DNA of 27,095 bases, taken from the IMG/VR virus record IMGVR_UViG_3300036783_000362, positions 1 through 27,095 of that record, one strand, 5' to 3'. This document shows positions 8,794 to 17,252 of the stretch, one piece after another; position 1 is the stretch's first letter; every line of letters starts with the position of its first letter. The notes below the pieces were generated by a model. It was not told the DNA's origin, searched no databases, and worked only from the letters and a program-made list of their open reading frames with translations. The position numbers and the translations under genes were made by a program. Source of the DNA: a virus. Taxonomy: Duplodnaviria > Caudoviricetes.

Positions 8794-9057
8794 ATGGCAC
8801 TGGTTAAAGTGATTAGCGATAACCTTTTCTCCGGTGCCAATCTCCAGAAACTGGAGGTTGGTGCAAAGGTGGAGGTCAGCGAAGAAACCGCGATTAAGTG
8901 GAAAACCGCTGGTTTGGTAGAAATCGTCTCTAGTGGCGATCGCAAGCTTGAAGTCGCCTCGCCGGGCGATACTCCTGCAGAGCAGGCAGAGCAGGCAGAG
9001 CAGGCAGAGCAGGCAGAGCAGGCAGACACCTCCGCTAAATCGAAAAAGGCGAAATAA
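8794..9057 (+). CDS. Small head-associated hypothetical protein with (AEQ)5 repeat
   Basis: 87-aa ORF directly after the capsid gene with a low-complexity C-terminus. Confidence 0.7.
   Translation: MALVKVISDNLFSGANLQKLEVGAKVEVSEETAIKWKTAGLVEIVSSGDRKLEVASPGDTPAEQAEQAEQAEQAEQADTSAKSKKAK
8977..9026 (+). repeat. Perfect 9-bp tandem repeat (GCAGAGCAG) x5 plus 5 nt
   Basis: Units start at 8977, 8986, 8995, 9004 and 9013, with a partial copy at 9022. Confidence 0.95.
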
Positions 9058-9059
9058 CC

Positions 9060-9131
9060 ATGGCACTTCGTGAGTTCGATAACCCGTCTAAATCCCGCGA
9101 TGAGCTGGATGAGCAAATCAAAGGTAAATAA
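9060..9131 (+). CDS. 23-aa mini-ORF MALREFDNPSKSRDELDEQIKGK (small protein or gene relic)
   Basis: Fills the gap between two genes exactly, with 2-nt spacers on each side. Bounded by the direct repeat AAATAACCATGGC. Not in the ORF track. Confidence 0.5.
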   Translation: MALREFDNPSKSRDELDEQIKGK

Positions 9132-9133
9132 CC

Positions 9134-9514
9134 ATGGCTGACCCAATCACGGCGGCAGACGTGCAGGCGTTCCTCGGTGAATTGGGTTACTCCATCCCGG
9201 GCGCTCTGCTGGATCCGATTCTCTGCGTGGTGAACAAAATCATCCCATGCCTCGATGGCGCCGGGTATGACGAATGCACCGCGAAGCTGATCCTGATGTA
9301 TGCCGCCGCGCTTATGGCTACGTCGTCCGGCGCGCGCCGCATCAAATCGCAGGGTGCGCCTTCCGGCGCGTCTCGCTCGTTTGAATATGGCGATGACAGC
9401 ATCACCTGGTTGCGCGAATCGCTGGCACGGCTCGATACCAGCGGTTGCACTGGGGACCTTCCGATTAGCGCCGGTAACAGCGTCGGGTTCTTTGATGTTG
9501 TCGGTGGCTGCTGA
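9134..9514 (+). CDS. Putative head-tail connector (adaptor) protein
   Basis: 126 aa with RRIKSQGAPSGASRSFEY motif. Synteny after the capsid gene. Confidence 0.65.
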   Translation: MADPITAADVQAFLGELGYSIPGALLDPILCVVNKIIPCLDGAGYDECTAKLILMYAAALMATSSGARRIKSQGAPSGASRSFEYGDDSITWLRESLARLDTSGCTGDLPISAGNSVGFFDVVGGC

Positions 9515-9684
9515 TGACGTACAAATCAGTTAAGCACGGGCTGCCACGTTCTTTCACTCGCGTCTGGGTGATGACCGACACCGGGCGGGAGACTACCGGC
9601 TACGTGAAATCGGACGGGGAGTGGTTCATTCTTTGCGAGCGGATAAGGAATTCCGGCGCAAAGGTTATCAGATGGAGAGGATGA
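9514..9684 (+). CDS. Small phage protein (56 aa, MTYKSVKHGLPRSFTRVWVMTDTGRETTGYVKSDGEW...)
   Basis: Hand-translated. TGATG coupling to the upstream gene and ATGA coupling to the downstream gene. Below the ORF-track length cut-off. Confidence 0.7.
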   Translation: MTYKSVKHGLPRSFTRVWVMTDTGRETTGYVKSDGEWFILCERIRNSGAKVIRWRG

Positions 9685-10187
9685 GTAAACTAATGAATGC
9701 TGAAACTCTCAGAAGTTTAATAACTTACGATGCCGAAACGGGACTGATTAACTGCAATAAAGGGCGAAGAGGCGTTAAGGAGAATGCGCTTAGTAAATGT
9801 GTTGATAGTTGCGGTTATCTTCACATGACAATCTTCGGTAAGAGCTACAGATTGCACCGTCTGGCATGGCTATATGCTCATGGGCAATGGCCCAAAGGCA
9901 GAATTGATCATATCAATGGCATCAAAACTGATAACCGTCTTTGCAACCTGCGAGAGTGTATCGATGGCGAAAATGCTCGAAATGTTCGCAGGCGAAAAGA
10001 TAACACCACTGGAGTGACTGGTGTTACGTGGTGCAAGCAAACTGGTAAGTTTCGAGCCCAGATACATTACATGGGCAAGACCAGGCCGCTTGGCAGATTT
10101 GGCTCATTCATCAAAGCATGGGAAGCCCGCTTGGTTGCAGAGGTTTCGTCGGGTTTGTTCACCGTAAGGCATGGGGCAGAAAATTGA
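9681..10187 (+). CDS. Free-standing HNH endonuclease with C-terminal AP2-like DNA-binding domain
   Basis: HRLAWLYxHG..IDHINGIKTDNRLCNLR (HNH) followed by NTTGVTGVTW..KFRAQI..LGRF (AP2-like). Start at ATG 9681 overlapping the upstream stop. Confidence 0.88.
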   Translation: MSKLMNAETLRSLITYDAETGLINCNKGRRGVKENALSKCVDSCGYLHMTIFGKSYRLHRLAWLYAHGQWPKGRIDHINGIKTDNRLCNLRECIDGENARNVRRRKDNTTGVTGVTWCKQTGKFRAQIHYMGKTRPLGRFGSFIKAWEARLVAEVSSGLFTVRHGAEN

Positions 10188-10540
10188 GCAGCGTAGCTTC
10201 GTGGTCATATACCGCAAAAGCCACAATCTGGCGCAAGCAGAACGGCGGAACCGACGAATACGGCGATCCAATCAATGGGTACGCCGCACCGGAAGTAATC
10301 ATGTGCGATTACGAAGGTGGCCTGTCAAAGCGCATCGGAAGCCTGGGCGCCGAAATCGTCGTGAAGAATACCGTCTGGACTGAGTTCGCGCTGGCGGCCG
10401 CGGGTGATTACCTGCTGATAGGATCGTCGAATGAAGCCGACCCGGTTGTGGCCGGTGCCGATGAGGTGCGGCAGGTTATCCGCTATGCCGACACGTTCGA
10501 GCGCATGGCGGATGATTTTGCCATCCTGACTGGGGTGTAG
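10184..10540 (+). CDS. Putative head closure (head-tail joining) protein
   Basis: Probable TTG start overlapping the HNH stop (TTGA), giving MSSVASWSYTAKATIW...GGTDEYGDP. Synteny. Confidence 0.65.
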   Translation: MSSVASWSYTAKATIWRKQNGGTDEYGDPINGYAAPEVIMCDYEGGLSKRIGSLGAEIVVKNTVWTEFALAAAGDYLLIGSSNEADPVVAGADEVRQVIRYADTFERMADDFAILTGV

Positions 10541-10542
10541 CC

Positions 10543-10983
10543 ATGGGCATCAAAGTTAAAGGCATCGATCAGACCATTGCTAAATTGAACCGCATGATTG
10601 GTGACGTTAAAAGTGTCCGCATCATTCGGGCTTTGTACTTAGCATCTGAACAGGTTCTTGAGTCGGCTGCTGTGATAACGCCAATAGATACATCAACCCT
10701 CGTTAACTCTCGGTTTATCGATTTTGATTCAAGCGGCAATCGAATTACGGCAAAGGTGGGGTTTTCTGCCTCGTATGCCGCCTATGTTCATGATGCGCCC
10801 GGCAAGCTAAAGGGCCAACCAAGGGCGCACTTTGGAACCACCAGATCAGGAAAGCAGTTTGGTGGTGGTACAGAGCAAGGCGTTTATTGGGGGCCAGGTG
10901 GTGAGCCGCAATTCCTGAAAAAAGCTTTTGAGCAGGTTAAGCCACGAATCCCTGAAATTATTGCAAAAGGCATGAAGAAATGA
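10543..10983 (+). CDS. HK97 gp10-like tail completion protein
   Basis: MGIKVKG, TPIDTSTLVNS, VGFSASYAAYVHD and EPQFLKKAFE motifs. Confidence 0.75.
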   Translation: MGIKVKGIDQTIAKLNRMIGDVKSVRIIRALYLASEQVLESAAVITPIDTSTLVNSRFIDFDSSGNRITAKVGFSASYAAYVHDAPGKLKGQPRAHFGTTRSGKQFGGGTEQGVYWGPGGEPQFLKKAFEQVKPRIPEIIAKGMKK

Positions 10984-11360
10984 CCCCACCAATGGCCGAC
11001 CGAGTGCGTTCAATGATGGTTTCTGCCGGGCTTACGACAGCTTTTACTTGTCAGAGTTTTTTTTGGGATGACAGTGGCAATAAGTCTGAGGCATTCATGG
11101 TCTTTAAGCCTGCCGGAGGGGGCATACTCAGGCAGGATGAAGGCGGAACCTATTTTGTTCAGTTGGATGTGATCGGTGCCATCAATGAAGACCGCAAAGC
11201 GAATACCGCAGCTATGGGTATTATCGATTACGTACAGGCTAATCCTATTGCAGATCCTTGCATCGGATACATCGAATCCTACGGTATGCCTCAACCAATG
11301 CTAACCGCTGAGGGACGGGCAGTATTTTCGCTGCGCTTCCGCTGCGTATACGGCGAATAA
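10980..11360 (+). CDS. Putative tail terminator protein
   Basis: 126 aa directly before the tail tube gene, with C-terminal P..TAEGR.VF.L.F motif. Confidence 0.65.
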   Translation: MTPPMADRVRSMMVSAGLTTAFTCQSFFWDDSGNKSEAFMVFKPAGGGILRQDEGGTYFVQLDVIGAINEDRKANTAAMGIIDYVQANPIADPCIGYIESYGMPQPMLTAEGRAVFSLRFRCVYGE

Positions 11361-11378
11361 CTCAATCCACAACCCATC

Positions 11379-11408
11379 AGGCTGCCATTCGGCGGCCTTT
11401 TTTATTTG
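11379..11408 (+). terminator. Rho-independent terminator-like hairpin
   Basis: AGGCTGCC-ATTC-GGCGGCCT followed by TTTTTATTT. Confidence 0.75.
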
Positions 11409-11418
11409 AGAGGTACAC

Positions 11419-12183
11419 ATGCAAGGCTGTGCTAATGATTTTGGCAAGCTGATCGGGAAAGTAGCTGTGCTACGCATGGCCTTTGGCTGCCCCGACACAG
11501 TGCCCGCGCTTTCCGAGTGGAAGCGCCTGGGCGCAATGACCACGAAAGGCTTCGATTACTCAATGAATACAGTCAGCTCTGAGGCTGATGATTCAAAGGG
11601 TCTGGTTGAAAACCTGGTCAACAACATGGACTTCACAGTCTCCGGTGACGGCGAGTTCCGCAAGAACGATAAGTCTGTAGAGATTGGCGCGATCCACATG
11701 TCGAAATACATTTTCGATGAAGTGCAGGCTGGCCGTCAGCCAACCGTCTGGGTTCGCTTTGATTTCGCCGGGGAAGACGCTGGCACCTACATCATGGGGT
11801 ATTTCAACACCACCTCTTGGTCAGGTGACTTCGGTACCAGTGATATTTCAACTTTCTCCGGTGAGTGGAAAGTCTATGATGCCGACACGGTTGTGTTTGA
11901 GATCGCTGGCGATGCGCTTGCCTTCACAACCAACCTTCCTTCAACGAAAACCGTTGCGACTGGCTCAGCGCTCAACATGAGCGTAGCCGTTACAGGCGGT
12001 ACAGCTCCGTATACGTATGTCTGGAAAAAAGATGGCTCAGCAGTGAGCGGTCAAACTACAGCGACGTTCAACAAGGCGAGCGCAGTCTCGGGTGATGCTG
12101 GTTCATATACATGTGAAGTTACCGACTCTGCTGGAACGCCAGTGAAAATCACTTCAAACGCCTGCGCTGTCACTGTCAGCTAA
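11419..12183 (+). CDS. Major tail tube protein with C-terminal Ig-like domain
   Basis: Tail-tube N-terminal domain, then an Ig-like segment V.VTGGTAPYTYVWKKDG...DAGSYTCEVTDS. GAGG RBS. Confidence 0.85.
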   Translation: MQGCANDFGKLIGKVAVLRMAFGCPDTVPALSEWKRLGAMTTKGFDYSMNTVSSEADDSKGLVENLVNNMDFTVSGDGEFRKNDKSVEIGAIHMSKYIFDEVQAGRQPTVWVRFDFAGEDAGTYIMGYFNTTSWSGDFGTSDISTFSGEWKVYDADTVVFEIAGDALAFTTNLPSTKTVATGSALNMSVAVTGGTAPYTYVWKKDGSAVSGQTTATFNKASAVSGDAGSYTCEVTDSAGTPVKITSNACAVTVS

Positions 12184-12238
12184 TGGCTATTCCAAAGGGC
12201 GGCGTGCTGCCCTTGATAATAATCATTAAGGCAAGAGC

Positions 12239-12925
12239 ATGATCCCTTTAACAGACATTGGCGAGGTTGTCCTTTCAAGCAGAAAGGATGGCGAGAAAGA
12301 GTACCTTCTAAGGCCATCATTCGCTGCAATGACCAGAATCGGAACGCCGGAAGAGATCGTTTCGGCATACGCGACCATCCATGGCAGTGATGTGCAAAAT
12401 CTGATTGCAGCATGCGCGTCTAATCTTGGAAGGCTTCCTGAATGGCTATCACCACAACTTTATCGCATGGCTGAAAAGGTCCTTTCTGTTTCCATGCAGG
12501 TGGTTCAGGCGTGCTGTGAAGATGATTTAACTCCGATGATAGGGGAGTGGAAAGGGTGGTCAAGATACATAGTTTATCGGCCCGGCGCGCTAAGCCGTAA
12601 CGACATTATTGTCATCGCCCAACACCTAATGACTCACGGCGTTATAGGTAAAGCCAAAGTCAGGAAGTTGCAGCGGCATGAAACCAACTCGACCACAACA
12701 GCATTCAACGCCATTGAGTACATCAATGCTGCCCGCACCCATTTCGAAATGACACGTGAAGACGCCGCCCACCTGACGATGACAGAGTTTGCGCTGCTTC
12801 TGAACGCTAAATATCCAGACCAGAAAGGGCTGACCAGAGAAGAATACGACGCAGTAATGGATGATGACGAGCGTCGCTGGCAGGAAAAAATGATGCGCGA
12901 ACAGCAAGAACGGTCAATGAAGTAG
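12239..12925 (+). CDS. Putative tail assembly chaperone (DUF6246-like)
   Basis: Between tail tube and tape measure. Motifs LRPSFAAMTRIG and LTMTEF..LL.AKYP. Confidence 0.7.
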   Translation: MIPLTDIGEVVLSSRKDGEKEYLLRPSFAAMTRIGTPEEIVSAYATIHGSDVQNLIAACASNLGRLPEWLSPQLYRMAEKVLSVSMQVVQACCEDDLTPMIGEWKGWSRYIVYRPGALSRNDIIVIAQHLMTHGVIGKAKVRKLQRHETNSTTTAFNAIEYINAARTHFEMTREDAAHLTMTEFALLLNAKYPDQKGLTREEYDAVMDDDERRWQEKMMREQQERSMK

Positions 12926-12952
12926 TAGCTAACGTATCCATGGAGAATAGCA

Positions 12953-15883
12953 ATGTCGGAAAATTTAGGTGGTATTGATATCACCATCGCATTGGATACC
13001 GCTCAACTTCTTGACGGTGCCAAGGATGTGCAGAACGCGCTGAGTCAGATCGACAGTTCAACAAAAAAGACTGGGCAAGAACTCGACGGGCTGGATAACA
13101 GCACGTCTCAAACCGGGGCCGCGTTTACTGAGCTGGCAGGTTATGCCAATTCCATGGACAACCAGCTGCGCAAGCTGAACACCAACGTCAGCGGCATTGC
13201 CCGCGCAATGGAAGAGGCCCGCAGCGGTACCGGCGGTGCTAGCAGTGAATTCAGCCGTGCAGAATCCATCATCGAGGCGCTGGGAAACCAGTTGGCTGTG
13301 CTGGACGAGGCGCAGGAGAATGGCGCACGCAGCGCCGCAGTTCTTGCTGCTCAGCTCCGCGCCGGGTCAAAAGCGAGCGATGAGGAAAAGCAGAAAATCG
13401 GCGATCTGACTGGTCGCCTGTATGACATGAAGACTGGCGCTGAAGGTGGTGCCAAAGGTACCGGCGCATGGAAATCAAGCATGCAGCAGGCGGGTTACCA
13501 GGTGCAGGACTTCATCGTACAGGTACAGGGCGGGCAGTCTGCGCTGGTAGCTTTTGCCCAGCAGGGATCGCAACTCGCGGGCGCATTCGGCCCGGGCGGC
13601 GCAGTGGTGGGGGCATTTATTGCGCTCAGTTCAGTGATTGCTGGCGTGCTGATTACTTCGCTGAATGGCGGTAAGACCGCAATGGACGCGCTCAAAGATG
13701 CTGCCGAAGCGATGGACAAGGTTATCAACGTCTCGATCAATGGCGTGGCCGCGCTGTCAGACAAATACGCGTACCTGGCGAGGACCAACGCTGAAGTCGC
13801 AACGCTGATGCGTAATCAGGCGCTCCTGGAGTACAACGAGGCGATCAACAAAATACCGAAAGCCATCAGTGACGCATCAAGCTCTCTACTGTCCTTCGGT
13901 GATAAAGCATTGTCTGCATTCTCCGGCGGATATGCGTCGGTAGATGGCTTCAATGACCGTCTGGCCACTCTGGAAATCACCACCGATAACTATGCCGAGG
14001 CGGTGAAGCAGGCATACGGCGCAGGCCAGGCGTTCCAGGCTACTGCGAACAGCATCGGCAATACCGTTGGAGCTGTAGCGGATAAGTTTGGCATCACCGA
14101 GCAGAAAGCCTTCGAGCTGAGCAAGCAGCTTTCAGATATAGCCAAAAACCCATCTCCCGAGGCTCTGCAGCGTCTGGCGACAGAGCTGCAGAACACGCAG
14201 AGCTCAACTGAAAAGGGGCAAACTGCGCTCACAGCGTTCGTTGGTAAGTTGGTAGAGCTGTCCCGTGAGGCGGTAATCGCAAAAGGCAACGTCGCAGCGC
14301 TCAAGCAGGAGACCGACAATTTAACCAGCGGCCAGAAGAACCTGATCAAGCAGTCTGAGCGCAACCTGGCGCTGTCAAAGTTGCAGGGTGAGGCTCGCGC
14401 CCGCCTGCAGGCCCAATACGCTGCCGAAGATGCCGGGTTTGCGAAGGATGATCCGCACGCTAAGCAAATGGAAGACGATGCTGCAGCCACGTACAAAAAT
14501 ACGCAGGCCCAGAAGACGCTTCAGTCAGAGCAGAAGAAAGGCGCTTCCCAGGCTGATTCTATTGCTCAGAAACTGGCGAACCTGAAACAGCAGTCAGAGC
14601 TAGCTGCCGATTCAACAAACAAGCTGAGCCGGGAACAAGCGATCCTGAATGCTCAGCAGTCACTTGGTAAAGGCGCAACGAAGGAGCAGATCGCGCTGGC
14701 TGGGCAGTACGCCGCAACAAAATGGGACACTGCCAACGCCATTAAAGCGCAAGCTGCAGCAGAGAAACTCCTGCCAGAAGCGCGCGAGAACGCCAGTTAC
14801 AAGCAGGATGTAGAGGATCTGAATACCGCTCTGGCTGCGAAGAAAATCAGTCAGGAGCAGTTCAATCAGACTTCCGAGCGACTGGAGGCAACTCACCAGG
14901 CAAACCTCGCCAAAATCCGCGCCCAGCAGGCTGTAACACCTCAGCAGGAAGCTGTCGGCGGAGTTGATCCTGTTCAGCAACTGGCGAACGAGAACGCCCG
15001 CAAACTCGCGCTTATTCAGGCATTCGAGCAGCAGGGACTTATCACTCATCAGAACGCACTTATGTTGCGCGCTACTGCTGACAAGGAGTACGAACAGGCG
15101 CGTATCGCTGCACAGTGGGAGATCTTCCGCAACCAGAGCGCAGGTAATGAAGCGCTGGCAGCGTCCTTTGATGCGCTGGCCGGTAATGCGTCCAATGCTT
15201 TAACCGGCATCATCACGGGGAGTATGTCAGCATCTGATGCTCTGCGCTCGATCGGCAATACTGTCCTGAACAGCCTCATTAACACCTTTGTTCAGATGGG
15301 TGTCGAGTGGGTGAAGTCGGCAATCATGGGGCAGACGGCACAAACGGCTGCTATCGGCACGGTGACAGCAGTGCAGACGGCAGCAGTGGCAACACAGACT
15401 GCTACCAGCACAGCGGCGGCGGCAACGACTGCTGCGGCATGGACCCCGGCGGCGATCCTTTCCTCAATAGCCTCGATGGGTACGGCGGCGGCGATCGGTC
15501 TCGGCGCGGTGGCGGGCGTTATTGGCGCTAATCTGCTCGGCAAGCGCAAGAATGGCGGCCCGGTGAGTGCAGGCGGAATGTATCAGGTCGGCGAAGGCGG
15601 CATGCCGGAGATTTACCAGGCCAGTACCGGTAAGCAGTACATGATACCGGGTGACAACGGCAAGGTGATCAGCAACAAGGATATGACTGCAGGCGGCGGT
15701 GGCGGGGTGATTTTGAATATCAACAATTACTCTTCAGCGTCGGTCGATGCTCAGGCTTCGCAAGGCAGTGACGGTACCTGGACCATCGATGCATTCATAG
15801 CTGACATGAATAATGGTGGGCCAGCAAGTCAGGCCATTACCAGCAATTTGAACGTTAAGCGCATGCCAAGGGGGCAGGGCTGA
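12953..15883 (+). CDS. Tail tape measure protein
   Basis: 976 aa, Ala/Gln-rich and helical. Motif QAGYQVQDFIVQVQGGQSALVAFAQQGSQL and C-terminal NGGPV...VGEGG.PE. Confidence 0.92.
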   Translation: MSENLGGIDITIALDTAQLLDGAKDVQNALSQIDSSTKKTGQELDGLDNSTSQTGAAFTELAGYANSMDNQLRKLNTNVSGIARAMEEARSGTGGASSEFSRAESIIEALGNQLAVLDEAQENGARSAAVLAAQLRAGSKASDEEKQKIGDLTGRLYDMKTGAEGGAKGTGAWKSSMQQAGYQVQDFIVQVQGGQSALVAFAQQGSQLAGAFGPGGAVVGAFIALSSVIAGVLITSLNGGKTAMDALKDAAEAMDKVINVSINGVAALSDKYAYLARTNAEVATLMRNQALLEYNEAINKIPKAISDASSSLLSFGDKALSAFSGGYASVDGFNDRLATLEITTDNYAEAVKQAYGAGQAFQATANSIGNTVGAVADKFGITEQKAFELSKQLSDIAKNPSPEALQRLATELQNTQSSTEKGQTALTAFVGKLVELSREAVIAKGNVAALKQETDNLTSGQKNLIKQSERNLALSKLQGEARARLQAQYAAEDAGFAKDDPHAKQMEDDAAATYKNTQAQKTLQSEQKKGASQADSIAQKLANLKQQSELAADSTNKLSREQAILNAQQSLGKGATKEQIALAGQYAATKWDTANAIKAQAAAEKLLPEARENASYKQDVEDLNTALAAKKISQEQFNQTSERLEATHQANLAKIRAQQAVTPQQEAVGGVDPVQQLANENARKLALIQAFEQQGLITHQNALMLRATADKEYEQARIAAQWEIFRNQSAGNEALAASFDALAGNASNALTGIITGSMSASDALRSIGNTVLNSLINTFVQMGVEWVKSAIMGQTAQTAAIGTVTAVQTAAVATQTATSTAAAATTAAAWTPAAILSSIASMGTAAAIGLGAVAGVIGANLLGKRKNGGPVSAGGMYQVGEGGMPEIYQASTGKQYMIPGDNGKVISNKDMTAGGGGGVILNINNYSSASVDAQASQGSDGTWTIDAFIADMNNGGPASQAITSNLNVKRMPRGQG

Positions 15884-16380
15884 TGCCAATTATCGACTAT
15901 CCCGACTGGCTGCCGCTGGCGCAGAAGGCCAGCAAAAACATGACGCTTGATACCGGGTTCCAGACCGATCAGCCAGCGGTCGGCCCGGCCATCTTCGAGA
16001 ATCAGACTGATGACCTGAAAGTGACATGGTCGTTAACGTGGATCTTCACGCTGGCGCAGGAACGCGCATTTCAGCAGTGGCTGCGCAGCCCGAACTATCT
16101 CAATCGGGGCCTGAACTGGTTCCGGATGAATATCAACCTTGGCGGCAGTGGCCTGCAACTGCAGGAGCTTCATTTCACGCAGATGCCGGTGCAAACCAGT
16201 ATCGACGGCGGGGTGGTGACCTGGACGGGGACCGTTATTGCGAACCACCTCTACAACGCCGACGACGAGTTCGACGACATCATTGTTGAACTGCCGCCGC
16301 CGTGGGATTCCTGGCTGGATATCGTGGTTACGGGTTATCCAGACGGGCGAGACCCGGAATCTTTACCGAGAGTGCCGTAA
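15883..16380 (+). CDS. Putative distal tail protein
   Basis: First gene after the tape measure with TGATG coupling. IDYPDWLPL and GLNWFRM motifs. Confidence 0.65.
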   Translation: MPIIDYPDWLPLAQKASKNMTLDTGFQTDQPAVGPAIFENQTDDLKVTWSLTWIFTLAQERAFQQWLRSPNYLNRGLNWFRMNINLGGSGLQLQELHFTQMPVQTSIDGGVVTWTGTVIANHLYNADDEFDDIIVELPPPWDSWLDIVVTGYPDGRDPESLPRVP

Positions 16381-16850
16381 TGCCTACCTTCAGAGCTTAT
16401 AAGCAGCAGCGCCCGACGCGCGGCCTGTACGACACCATCACGTTCTACCATCCATCCTTTGGCTATGTCCGCCTGGTCGATAAGCAGTTCTTCCCGAAAA
16501 CGCTTGGCGGCCAGACGTACACGCCCGCGCGCTTTGAAATCGAGGAGAGCCAACAGAGCGGCACGCCGGTGATCGACGCGACGGTGAAGCTAGGTCGGCT
16601 GTCGTCGGATATCAAAGCGCTGATGAAACAGTGGAAGGGCGCGGCCAGGTTGACAGCCATCACGGCCACACGGCAGATATTCGACAGCGGCGACGTTTCG
16701 GTGCCGATAAAGGCATGGCAGTTATACGTTAAGACGGTGGATATTGATGCCGACGCCGCGTCGGTCACTCTGTCCGTCACCAACCCGCTGAACAACAACA
16801 TCGGGAAATTATACGATCCCCGCGAATACACTGGGCTGCAGTACCTCTAA
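16380..16850 (+). CDS. Minor tail protein (DUF1833-like)
   Basis: TAATG coupling at 16380. TITFYHPSFGYVRLV and C-terminal YDPREYTGL motifs. Confidence 0.7.
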   Translation: MPTFRAYKQQRPTRGLYDTITFYHPSFGYVRLVDKQFFPKTLGGQTYTPARFEIEESQQSGTPVIDATVKLGRLSSDIKALMKQWKGAARLTAITATRQIFDSGDVSVPIKAWQLYVKTVDIDADAASVTLSVTNPLNNNIGKLYDPREYTGLQYL

Positions 16851-16859
16851 GGCACGCAC

Positions 16860-17252
16860 ATGAATAAAGATGAATTTATCCGGCGGCTCATCGGCGTTCC
16901 GTGGGCTAATCGTGCCTGTTCGTTCGAGAAAGTCGACTGCTGGGGCTTGTGCGTGCTGTATTACCGGCACGTTCTCGGCATTGAACTGCACCAGACGCCG
17001 GACTACGAAGCCGGTGAGGACTTCTTTACCTGCTACCAGGGTGACGTCGTTTTCTGGAGCCAGGTCGATAAGCCTGTCGAGGGTGGGATATTTGTCGGAT
17101 ACCGCGGCGCGCAACCGGCTCACGTTGGCCTGGTGCTTAACCGTCAGGCGCTGCACTCGCGCGGCGAGAATGGAAGCGTGCGCATGGACTCGTTGCTGGT
17201 CATTCAGCGTGCATTCACAAAGTTGGAGTATTTTTCATATGGCGCTGGTTGA
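16860..17252 (+). CDS. NlpC/P60-family tail tip assembly protein
   Basis: IGVPW, DCWGL (Cys) and HVGL...LHS (His) motifs. Confidence 0.8.
   Translation: MNKDEFIRRLIGVPWANRACSFEKVDCWGLCVLYYRHVLGIELHQTPDYEAGEDFFTCYQGDVVFWSQVDKPVEGGIFVGYRGAQPAHVGLVLNRQALHSRGENGSVRMDSLLVIQRAFTKLEYFSYGAG

Noticed and set aside
8764-9146. Minus-strand ORFs with CLL and SAC repeats
   Set aside because: Shadows of the 9-bp tandem repeat in the plus-strand gene, with no RBS or family features.
9621-10187. Group I intron or intein around the HNH gene
   Set aside because: The ORF abuts coding genes on both sides with overlapping stop/start codons, leaving no room for a ribozyme core. No intein terminal residues are present.
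12195-12214. Hairpin AAGGGCGG-CGTG-CTGCCCTT after the tail tube gene as a terminator
   Set aside because: No U-tract on the plus strand. At most an mRNA-stabilising or attenuating hairpin.
12239-12952. Programmed -1 frameshift in the tail chaperone (lambda G/T type)
   Set aside because: A single ORF fills the interval up to the tape measure gene, and I found no convincing slippery heptamer with a downstream extension frame.
16870-17238. 123-codon N-terminal extension of the tail tip ORF overlapping NlpC/P60
   Set aside because: The translation looks non-protein-like, a good RBS and ATG exist at 17239, and no frameshift signal was seen. Treated as a chance open frame.
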